NCBI GenBank assembly: GCA_002633005.1
Contig: NMRA01000299.1
Span: forward strand, 331,754 to 395,753
Origin: Phoronis australis
Lineage: Eukaryota; Animalia; Phoronida
Direction of reading: 5' to 3'
DNA length: 64,000 nucleotides
Shown here: piece by piece, positions 35,101-47,100 of the stretch
Layout: every line of letters starts with the position of its first letter
How positions within the stretch are numbered: position 1 is the first letter of the stretch
Position numbers and translations under genes: made by a program
The notes under the pieces: generated by a model
What the model was told of the DNA's origin: nothing
Databases searched by the model: none
The model's input: only the letters and a program-made list of their open reading frames with translations

Positions 35101-38100
35101 GGGCCGTAAAAGTTTTCGCTTTTTTGTCATTGGTCATTCCAAGCCCTGAAACCTATATGCTAATCAAATACCCTACTTTACTAAGCAATAGGGCCATCTA
35201 ATAAGAAAAAATAGGTCACAGGTCATTGAGTGCAAACTAAAATTTTGAACTTGACACTTCAAATTTTCATACCTGTTCAGTAAACGCGATTGAGTTTGAA
35301 TTATAAAGTCCATGTCATTTGGTGCAAACATGGGGTCGTTATGTGCCTTTTCTCTTCTGAAATTTTGACCAATTCATTCATCTTGTATAATTCTAAAGTG
35401 CTTAAAGTAAGACATCTCTAATTCTTACCACTAACCACATTTTTCATCGAGTTTACATTCCTTCCCTAATCAGGGCTCGTAATGCACTGGCAAGGGTCAA
35501 TTAGTGTAAAGGTCATCAAATTATCAACTTGTATTTTCTCCTATAGTTTATAGAATTCTTTTTCATATTGGTGAACGGGTTCTTGTCAATGACTTCCCAT
35601 AACAATTCCAGTAATACGCACGCGCAGAGTCCATGATTGTCACACCGTGACAATAATCTTTCTAGTTAAATTTAGTGAGTGAATTTATATGGAAATAACA
35701 GAGGACGACTTTCAGGCTGATGGAACAGACAATTTCATTTTGTTCTGTTTTGCTTTGTTTCTCTGAAGTTCCTTGACAGATTTTTACGAAATATGGCATG
35801 TTCCCATTTTTGGATGGATTGTATATTTTTGCGCCATCTAGTGGCCATTTTTGTAATACAAATAAATAACTCCAAAAGCACACCATTTGTGATGCATTGG
35901 TGGGCGCATTTCAACGCTCCGCATTGCTCTTGTATCATGAATAGATAGTTTCTGATGAAGGCTAATGTCTGTGATGATAGGCATGAAGTGTGCACTTCTT
36001 GGCCACGTGGTTTTAACTCGGGTCAAGTTTTTTATTAGTCTTCGATTCGCAGTTTTCATGTGTAGGCCTACAAAGAAATTTAAGTTCCTGTTGAGGGAGA
36101 AGATGTGGAATCTATTGACAAGTACACTGTGTCTGTTCTGAAAGGCCAGGCCATAGTGGTACACGTTCCTCGCAAGATCAGCAAAACTTTTCTGTTCTTT
36201 ATGAAGATCGATGGAAGTTTGAAGTGTATAGTCACGACTAAATACAGACATGACGAAGCTAGTGGTCTAGAAATTCCGCACAAAATGATTTTATCAGGAC
36301 TGCCGGATCTTATTCATAAATTGAGGATGTTACTGTTGAATTTTTGCACATCTGGTCTGTATCATCTGCTAGATATTTTAGAAAAAATATTTATTGCTAA
36401 GTTACGAACAGTTGTTGAATGTTAGCCTGAAAAAACATGCTCCAGTCTGTGCCAAGAATTTTTAAATTCTAGGTTGTCATTCTTGACAAGTAAAATTTTA
36501 TGGCAGACAAATTCTCATTGTAAAAATTTAATGAAATCTTGAATGTAATAGATATGTTTTTGCAAATAGATATTGTTCTTTCTGCTATTTTTCAAAATAA
36601 GATGATACTTTTTGTGATAACTTCATTTATGTTTACTCTGGTGAACACTTGTACTTCTGCTTGATAATAACATTGTCTGGTGTGCTACCATTTTGTCTTC
36701 ATTGTTTCAGACCGTTCTCTGTGGTCTCAGGTCATCACACTTGTTCACTGTACTAAGTTGGTGAAGAGGCTGCTAACAGCAGACCTTGAGTATGAGTTTG
36801 AACACAGCTTGTTTCATGGTGAGCCAGTCAATGTTGCTCAGCAAGTTGTTGATGCAATCCTGAGGGATCAAGGGTACGTAAGTAGGGTGTAAGCACTTCA
36901 CAGCCACACTGATTTTTGTGTCATTATTGTGAATTCATCTTGTGCTTGTTTAATTTTGTTGTCTGCTTACTTTGCAGTTGTTTTGTCTGATTCATTGAAG
37001 TTGTTAAATCTTGCCCAAATGTATATTTTGTACATGTCAGTTTTCCTGTCTTGGTGAGCTATGGGTCCCGATGCTCTGGGGAGTGTCAGTTCATGATAGG
37101 GTCCTTTCAGCTTTATCCCATCTCATTCAAAAAGAAAAGTTTCAGAGGTACAAATTGAATCAGCTGCTGGTCCTGCTACATAACTGTAGCTAAATTGACA
37201 CTGGCTCGTTTTAATGGGTCTATACCATATGAGTGTTCTTCACAACAGAAAATTCAAACTCAACGGGAATTACAGTTATGTGTTCAAAAGGCTATGTTCA
37301 TACTGTGGTGAGTCTTGAAATAAGTACATTGAAATGGGACCATAAGTCCAAAATGGCATAACTAATCTTCCAAAACTTAAACTTGTTACATGCGTTTTCA
37401 GACTTGACAAAAGGGAGGCAAAATCGTCACAACAAAATTCAAACTTGATGCAGTGATGAGTCAAAACAGGTTGTGGAGAACACTCACTGGGTATTCATAT
37501 TACTTAGATGCTGTCTGGGTCTGTTTCTTCCAAACCTCTGCAGGGTAACACATGACTGTGTGTTCTTAAGGAAAAACAACATACAGCAACTACTTTGCAG
37601 TCTAGTGCTCACTGAATATGTTTTGAGTGAGTTTATATGCACAAAGTCCCGAGGTCGCCGATTTTGGAAAGTCTGATTTATGAGAAAAATAGTCCCCATG
37701 ACTGGAAAGCTCATAGAAACTGAAGAATATGTAAAAACTTGTGAAATTTCATGGAATTTTTTTTAAAGAATTATCTTCCAAGTACTAGCACAAATTGATG
37801 CACTTAGTTCTGAGAAAAAAATTACTATTTAACTTGTGGGAAAATGATGTGGAAAATCGAAATGATAGCATGTATTCTTTTCCATTTCCTTCATTAGAGA
37901 GCGCAATGTGCATGAGACTATGAATGAGCTGCAGACACTTGTTCGGAACCTCACAGATATTGAAAAGGCTGTCACGGTGTTGTTGGAGCTAGCCGACCTT
38001 GCCCAAGGCAATCCGGAGGGTCTACAGACCAGTGACTTGAGTAAGCATTTGCTCGTAGGTGACATGGTATTCAGAATTTAGTGCTAATGAATTCAGGCCC

Positions 38101-41100
38101 CTCTTAGATTAAGAGCAAAAAGAAGTCCATCAACATCCGGGTGTCTTTGAGCGTATGGTCAAACGTTATTACCTGAATAGATGCATTTCGGTAAACCAAC
38201 ACCATGCAATGTATTTGGACGAAAATAAAGCACTCTTATATCTGTATAGCTGTGCCAAACAAGGGTTATGGCTCAGATGGGATGTAGTTATGTCACTTGA
38301 TGTATTTTGGAGCAAGAGTCTCTATGCTTGGAATCCATCTCTCTTGGCATTTAGGTTAAATGCCATACACGATGTACTTCCAACACTAGCAAATTTACAT
38401 TTATGAAAACAATCGCCTTCTGAACATTGCAACCTCTGCAGAACAGCTAAAGGCACACTTCACCACATCCTCAACAATTGCACAGTAGCATTAAATAATT
38501 GTCGCTACACTTGGCGACATGACCAAGTCCTAGCAATAATATTTGATGCTATCAATGAAGTAGTTCAAAACCGTCCGAAGCCTGTAACTGAATAGCAATC
38601 AGATTTAAGTCAAAGAATGGTTTTTACTTCAGCAATAACAAAACAGAGCCGAACTTCAGAGAACAAGCCCACTTCCAGGCCAAGATCAACGATTGGAAAC
38701 TAATTAAAGATTGTACAGAAACGCCTCTTATATTCCCATCTGAAATAACAGATTCGGCATTAAGACCTGACATTGTGCTATGGTCAATTCAGGCAAAAAG
38801 AGCAGTTTTAATAGAACTTGCAATACCAGCAGAAGACAATATGGAATCAGTACACCTGAGGAAAAGAATGAAATACACAAATCTCGTCGAAGAATGTGAA
38901 AATGCAGGATGGCAAACAGTCCTGTTCCCTGTTGAAGTNAAATAAAGCACTCTTATATCGGTATAGCTGTGCCAAACAAGGGTTATGGCTCAGATGGGAT
39001 GTAGTTATGTCACTTGATGTATCTTGGAGCAAGAGTCTCTATGCATGGAATCCATCTCTCTTGGCATTTAGGTTAAATGCCATACACGATGTACTTCCAA
39101 CACTAGCAAATTTACATTTATGAAAACAATCGCCTTCTGAACATTGCAACCTCTGCAGAACAGCTAAAGGCACACTTCATCACATCCTCAACAATTGCAC
39201 AGTAGCATTAAATAATTGTCGCTACACTTGGCGACATGACCAAGTCCTAGCAATAATATTTGATGCTATCAATGAAGTAGTTCAAAACCCTCCGAAGCCT
39301 GTAACTGAATAGCAATCAGATTTAAGTCAAAGAATGGTTTTTACTTCAGCAATAACAAAACAGAGCCGAACTTCAGAGAACAAGCCCACTTCCAGGCCAA
39401 GATCAACGATTGGAAACTAATTAAAGATTGTACAGAAACGCCTCTTATATTCCCATCTGAAATAACAGATTCGGCATTAAGACCTGACATTGTGCTATGG
39501 TCAATTCAGGCAAAAAGAGCAGTTTTAATAGAACTTGCAATACCAGCAGAAGACAATATGGAATCAGTACACCTGAGGAAAAGAATGAAATACACAAATC
39601 TCGTCGAAGAATGTGAAAATGCAGGATGGCAAACAGTCCTGTTCCCTGTTGAAGTCGGCAGTAGAGGCTTCATCTACAAATCATTGAAGAAGCTAATGAA
39701 TTTCCTCGAGGTTCCCAAAGAAATCAAAAAACAAACATACCAAACGGCCAAACTATTCACAATCATGACTCAACAGAGGACCCTATACAATCAGCTACTT
39801 CGTCATCCCCGATATTAAAAAATAGGGCGCACTTTCAACATAGATGTCGCACATCACATCTGAGTCAAACAAGTCAAGATATTTTTGAAATTCATCCTTG
39901 TACGGGAATTGGGGATAGTTAGGCCTATAAAAGATCTTAAACCCAGCGGCAGAGCGTCTAAAGTTGCTGGCAACTCATCGGAGAAACAACTTTAACATCC
40001 TTCGCCGCAGAGATAATAACTCTTGGGCTGTCTCTGGTTAGTCCATTCATTCTTGAAAGATGTTTAGGTAAAAAATTACGGTAATATAAACAAAAAGAAG
40101 CACTTTTCAGTAATTCTGATGTAAATTAATCTCTATTTACATATTTACAAACATGATAACAAGTTACGTGAAAGTTGGGAAGAAGACAGGGTCGAACGTC
40201 CAAAACTTGAAACTTGCGGCATCTTCAGTCTTCATCACCGAGGCGTCTTCACATGTTTCATTGACTCCATAAGTCCACCAAAATAATACAGTCAAGTTCC
40301 ATACACTGACAAGACGCTGCTGTCCGCAACGTAGCAAAGGCTCGCAACATAAACAAATAACATTCATTATTTAGAAAGTATGAAGAAAACAAAGTCCTGC
40401 CTCAGTGTTCAGATAAATCATGACACGTCTGCTCACCATCGGCGACCAACTAGAACTCCTCGATAAAACTAAAAACTGCCCCCTAGCGGGAATACCTAAC
40501 ATACCTAACAATTGTACATTTGTTTACGGTTATGATACATCACGTACAGCACTCAAAGGTTGTTCTTGCATTATGTCAACATCACATGCCAATGGAAGTT
40601 GGTGTCCTTGTTTTCATTTTCTACATCACTGCCTCACTTAGAAAATGTTAAAGCCGTGACTGACCAGAACATTCTTGGTTTGTCAATCCACTCTGCGTTT
40701 TATTGAGCTGAAGGTAATAGACACTTCTGACAAACCCAGTGAAGCCACCCCCACCTTCATTGCGAAGTGCCACAAGTGCAAAGCAAATACTGTGGAAGTC
40801 CGGGATAGGTCAAACAGACTGCTTTCGACATGTTCACAATGCTATTTTACTGAAACTGTAATGGGCTTGGGTCAGACAGTCTCAAAGGGCACTGGATAAA
40901 AATGTGTTGTTTTACACACGGGTACATCCACGATTTCAAGTCTTTGAAACCATTCAGTAAGAAAATCTTGAGGTTAAAGCTTATTAAATGAATCGCACAA
41001 ATAAATCTTTAAAATTTTGTGTTGCTTTTTTACATTTTTTTTTCACAAAAATACTTCAATCAATGAAAGGTGTGAAATTAATTGCATTTTTGATGGGAAC

Positions 41101-44100
41101 TTGTAAAGCCATTTCAGGCTCGTGCAAATCACTACCGTTTAGTCATTTATTGCACTGTGGTCGTTTTTGAGGAAAGCCATGCCCATGATGATGATGTCAA
41201 GCATCTCAAGAAGACTGAATATGTAAAGTGTAAATGTTTTACACAATGTCCAGTGTTTGTGTTTGTGGATGATATATTTCAATTTGTGTTTCATTCATGT
41301 GTTAGAACTCTTGGACTGGATACCATGTATCTTACTTGGGAAGAGACCAGCTGTTTTGATTAAAATTTTTGTCGTATATTTTGTAAAAAGTCGTCATGGA
41401 AACCTGATTGGATTATCATCTCACGGGTTGTTGGATGGACAATTTTCTACCCCCTTTCGAACTTATGTTGTTCAGATAATGACCAGAGTGTTAAAATTTC
41501 AAATGGTAATTCAGTACTTAACCATCATGGCTGCTATTGTGTCAGATTGTTGATTCAAACCATGCTTTCTCTCTTCATCCCTCCAGCCATTGAAGTGTCT
41601 CGCCAGATGCTAGTCTCTCATCTGTTCTCCAGTGATTCTGCTGTTGGAATTATCTCCTCCGGTCTGTGTCAGATGGTTGAATCGCGCTTCTTCTTTACCA
41701 GAGATCTCTTAATACTACAGGTGTTGTTGACTCAAATGGGCAATCAAGTAAGTCCAGACCATTTGTTTGGAAAAATTCTGTATTTGATATTAAAAAAATC
41801 ACTGGAAACGAATTGGGACTTCGGTTTTATAAATGTTTATTTTAAAAAGTGTTCCCATTTTAAGCTCCGAAAATGACATCAGAATGCAAGACTTTCTATT
41901 AAGGTGTTTTCAATCTTAACTTCTGGGTTCTGAGAATTAGTTATTTGTTTCAAACCTTGAAGTGACCTTGTAATTAAGTACCTGTTGGTAGACAAGTGCT
42001 GGTTTTAATACTTTCAATTATTATATAAATTGTTTGAACACTAAATGCAATGTGAGGATGTCCAGCTGAGCTCTTTCAAGTGGCATCATATTTATTTGTC
42101 TGGTCAACTTACTGTAACTTTTGAAACTTTGTTACACTAACAAGAAATTCAATAACTTGTAGGTTGTGACTTCTGTGTTTTTTGTCATCTTAGGTTGGAG
42201 TGGACCTTCGTACCAGTCAGAAAATTGCTTCTGATCTAATACCAACAACCAAACCTCTTGTCCTTTCTTACTTTTTGCTCAAGTGGACATGTCAGACTTC
42301 CTCATCGCCCATACCACCAGACTCTGTGTAAGTGAACAGACTAGTGACTACATTGAAGTTGATTTTTCAATAATGAGAGAGGCTGAGCACTCATCATGAC
42401 CTTGTGATTCACACAGAGCTTTATTTACTGTAAATAATCTTCAATTTGAAAAAAAATGACATTTTTATGCGTCCACATAACGTATGTGAGTGCATATTTT
42501 CTGTCTGGGCATCCACTGCTGGTTGAATATCTCCTAAACCCTTTGCAGGAACCTAATGAGATATGGCAGATTTGTTCTTGTGAAGCTGACGATGGTTGGC
42601 AAAGAGTTTTGGATTATCCAACTACAGCTGTGCCCCCTTAGTGGCAATTTTAGTTTTTTATACAATGCTTTCTGTTGGATTTTGACATTTGGCAAATGGC
42701 TTTCTATTAATGCGATGACAACGCCTTCCCATTTTCTGTTGGATATATTGCATTCTACACTACGAAGTGTTCATTTTTATTACTTTTGAGTCTGATTTGT
42801 GGCATTGGTCTCTTTGCCGTACCACTCTAAGAATCATTTTGAAATTGATATAGTCTGAAGGAAGACAAGCAAGTGACAATATTAAGAAAAGTAACAAGAT
42901 TTTTTAACTTCAGCAATTTTTTTGCCTGCAGCTCACTATCTACTAAGTTCCTTTGGCGAACTGTCTTGAAATTTGGGGGTGTGTTTCTATTTGGGAGGGT
43001 ACAATTGATATGGAGTCCCCTAGTTTGAATTTCATTCTTGCGTCTGCAAATGTATCTCCTTTAACCCTTGTAGGGTCTTTGTGAAATATAGCAAATGTTC
43101 TTGACCAACGATAACATTGACTGTCGGATGTATCCAACTACTGCTGTGTCCCCTAATGAGAATTTTTGATTTTTGCATTTAGAGTTCGTTGACGGGTTTT
43201 CATGAAATTAGGCTAATAGTTTTTGTTATGGAGACGACTACACATTTTCCTTCAAAAGGATTTGACCACATGTGCTCAATACGGGACACATTTCATGTCC
43301 AATTGGCATTTGAATTACATTGCTTGCGACATGTTCCTCTTTAACCTGAGTCCTTCTGGTTTGAGTTAAAAGTGGACTCAAAATGGAGGTGTTTTTGGCC
43401 ATCCATAGCTTTGCTGTCCTCTTGGGAAATGTTTTGAAAATTGATATGTGGATAGGTTCATAAAGTGTTATGAAATGTATGGTATTTGTTTTTCATTACT
43501 AAGATACCGTGAGTTATAATTTATTGAGTTATAATTTATTTGATATGACTCACATGATCCTTTTTGTTTTAAGTGAATCAAACATGAGACAGATGGACGC
43601 CTTAGACATCACTGACTCTGGTCCAAGTGTGACTGGACAGCTTACAGGTGAGATTATCAACCATGTTATCAATAAACAACCATCAAGATATGCCCAAAAG
43701 TTTTGTAAAAAACAACCCAAAAAATTCAATGCGCCTGTACATAACATGTAACCGAGTGTCCACCACTCTGTCTTAAACTTCTACATGGTGCTTCCTGAAA
43801 ATCTGCAGGCATGTTTTTCTTGTGGACAGAATGGCATGTGCCATTGTTTGACTGCTGTGCCCCCTGGTGCCCACATGTACATATTACTTGTGGGTGTATT
43901 GCTGCCACTGTACACCTCCCTATGTACAAAATGACTTGGAGGATCCTCATGACATTTATCTGTAAGTGAGCGGATGTGCCTTGCCAACTTTTGGTTGGAT
44001 CCCACGATGGTTGTGCTCCCATTGGCAATTATAGGTTTTTGTGTTTGCCTCTATAGCTATCGTCTTGGTGAATCTTTATGTGTTCTGTTTAAAAGACCAT

Positions 44101-47100
44101 GCTATCCATCTTAATTTTTAAGTTTGGTCTGACTACTCTTGTGCCCCCTAGTGACAATTGTGGTATTCTGGTTTCGTTTTTTCATGTGCGCCTTAGTATC
44201 TGGAAATCATTTTGAAGGTTCGTCTTGAAATGTGAAGGATGTTTCTATTGAAGGAAGCACAGCTGACGTGTTTCAGACGGATCCTAATATTGCTATGCCT
44301 CCTAGTAACAGTTTTATTTTTTGCACTTGCCTCAACATCTAACTAGCTCCATGAATGATGTAGTGAATTTTAACTCTTGTTTGGAAAAGTTCAACTATTG
44401 TCATCTCTCTTTGTGGCAGTGTTAGTTTTTTGCATTTAACTCTATATGTGTTTGATTAAGGATCTTCATGAAATATGGCAGTTAATATTTTCTTCAGAAG
44501 AGAACGCAATACTTGCCCATTTTTGGACAGTTCCAACTTGTACTTCCTAGTTTGTAATCTTGGTGACCATCTCTTCTCAATTTGCTTAACTCCCTCAGCG
44601 TTTGCCACTTAGCTAAATGCCAAGTCGCATTTGGCGACGTGGTCAAAACCCAGGTCGCCAAACGAAATCTGAGGTCGCCAAAGCAATCTCTGGTGTCGAA
44701 ATGAATTCTGAGGGTTCCTATCTGTGGTCAAAGTTCGTCAATTCCTACCGCCAGCAAATTGAACATAGAGCGCAGATGATCGCATGGACTGGTGGTGCGA
44801 ATTTTACCAATCTTGCCTGATTGCCGAATAATTCCAACTTCTGTCCTTTTACGTCTCGTTGTTATTTAAACAGGTTGGCAAATATGCTGATTTCATGAAA
44901 TAAATGGTAATAAATCTAGAAAAACTGTTAATAATTTAAAGTTTGAAAGTCAACACGAACTTCGAAATGAATTTAGAGGGAATTATTGTCTGACTTAGAT
45001 ACTGGCAGTGAAGACTTGTGATTTTTCTCGGGTCGACTAACGTAATCTGAGCTCGTGCTGTTCTTGAAGAATCAGGACAAATGTGTTTTCTATTAACTTC
45101 AGTTGAATGGGACTTGCATCGATTACTGGATATGCCAGACCCCTGGTGGTAACTTTTGTTTTCTTTTCAATATCCGCAGGGATTGCACGTGCCAATCTTC
45201 AAATAACTAGCGTAAATAATAGGCCCAATCTCGTTTTCAAACTTGAAAATTGTGAAGTTTTACAGAGCATTATTTTATTTTTTATGGTGAATGTATTTGT
45301 AGTTAATATCTGTCAATTAGCTAAAATAGGATATCGAACCTTTTAAAATTCAAAGTTTTAAACAATTTCATGAAACAGTCACCTGGTTTTCATAAAGGCG
45401 TGTTCTTAAATTATTTCTGTCATTGTAGTGAGTGGTCCCCATGCATTTAAACTGCCAGGTTGTATTCACTCTGTGCAAGCTTCAGCTTAGTATTGCCATG
45501 TATTGCTAATTAGGGCGAGAGATTATAACTTCCGTTCTTGTTTACTTAGGCATTTGTCTGCCTTTCATTTATTGTCGCAAGGCTATGTTTTCACTGAAAT
45601 GATTTACCAAAAACCATACGACCTATTCAAAACTTCTACGTAATATGATTGTCATTATCCATTCCAGAAAGTTCTCCAATGAGCCTTGCCCAGTTGTTCT
45701 TATGTGGAGCTGGCGGTGAGCATGCTCGCATTCTATTGGCCCATGAGAGATTCCTTGATGATGACCCTTGCTCCCTGTGGACGTCTGCTCTTAAGCCTGC
45801 TCTGGTCGTGCTTGGTCAGTTACTGTATCCTTGATCATTATTACTTGATTACCTCGGGTCACCTTTATTTACAGTATGTCTTGTAAATTGTTTGTTACAT
45901 GGTGCCATGCTCATTCATACCATTCTTATTGTACGTCAAACAAAAACTTATAATTATGGCGGTATGATGAACACACATTCTACTTAAAGCTTTTTACTGT
46001 GTCTGACCACAGACTCTTTTTGAGTATAGACGGACAGTCTTTTAGCTACATTTTTATGTTTTTGTTTCAATCAAATGAGTGATAATTCCATTGTTTGTTA
46101 TGAAAATAGTTAAAGGCAAAATAGTCTTTCGTTCAGTCCTGAGCATTAAAGCAAAAAAGCAATGGGCCTACATCATATTCAGCAACCAATCGTTTGCAGG
46201 TGTCAAAGTTGCACTCATCCCCTGGGTACGCCATGATTTTTGCCAGTTTCTAGTCTCAGCTTGTGAGCATCTGAACCGCAATTGTGCAGAGATTTGGTGA
46301 TAAACAGTCCAGATGTTTGTCTCAAAAGTCTCCCTTTATGGTCAAGTAAAATGAGCTTTGTTAAAATTGTCCATTGCTAGCCTCCCCAATGAAAACTGAG
46401 AATGGTGTTCTGCAAATTTAGGAACAACGCTTTTATTAGCTGCTGCTGGTTGAACACCATTTGTTTTTCACCAGCAAAAGACTTTTTTTATTTATTTATT
46501 TATTTATTGTAATATTTAAAATGAGGGTGGCCTCTTCAGTGACAGCACTGCTTTTCAAGAGGGTCCTCCACAACAAAATATAAAACAGTAACATAAAACA
46601 ATAAAGTAGTAAAACGATAATGAAATACATGTAACAAAGAAACAATTAAAATAGGTTGAGAATTTAGATTATAAATAAATGATGAAGGATGATGAAAATT
46701 TGACTAAGAGAGATAAAATTAAATAAAGAGATTATACTAAATAGTGAGAGTATTTACAGTAATGAAAAATGACATAATTAAGACAGGTAAACGGGTAACA
46801 ATGTGTATTTTTAAGTAAATTTCAGACTGGCGTGTAGCAGGTGTAAGAATTGTTTTTTGGAATAGGAAATTTTGTGCTTTCATTTTCAAGGCAAAAGTAA
46901 TGAGGTAGTAGTCACTTTTACAGAGGTCGTGCTCAGTGGTATAATGTGGCGTAGATGCTGTACGCTGTCTTTTTTAAATTTCAGTGATGGGTCTACGTAA
47001 TGTGAATTACAGTGTAATGGGGTGTAGACGTAATGCCATTGAGTTGATTATCGTACTTTGTTGCATATTAACATTGCCATAAATTCTGGAAAACACTGAC

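Larger units (their letters stand above)
32466..35933 (+). mobile_element. HINE-like family 1 (copy C) with nested insertions
   Basis: Same termini as copy B; about nine tandem units before an interruption at 33929-35667. Confidence 0.78.

Noticed and set aside
38404-38406. TGA at a conserved Trp position, suggesting recoding or an alternative genetic code
   Set aside because: The element also has a TAG stop and other decay; a simple TGG>TGA mutation explains it.
41546-41586. Upstream acceptor for NUP160 exon 13 suggested by ORF 41547
   Set aside because: Wrong phase for exon 12; the AG at 41585-41586 has a strong pyrimidine tract and the correct phase.
45960-46010. Box C (ATGATGA) and box D (CTGA) snoRNA candidate
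   Set aside because: Only about 45 nt box to box, with no recognisable rRNA guide or solid terminal stem.
46922-46970. tRNA A-box-like GCTCAGTGGTA
   Set aside because: No B-box or cloverleaf follows.
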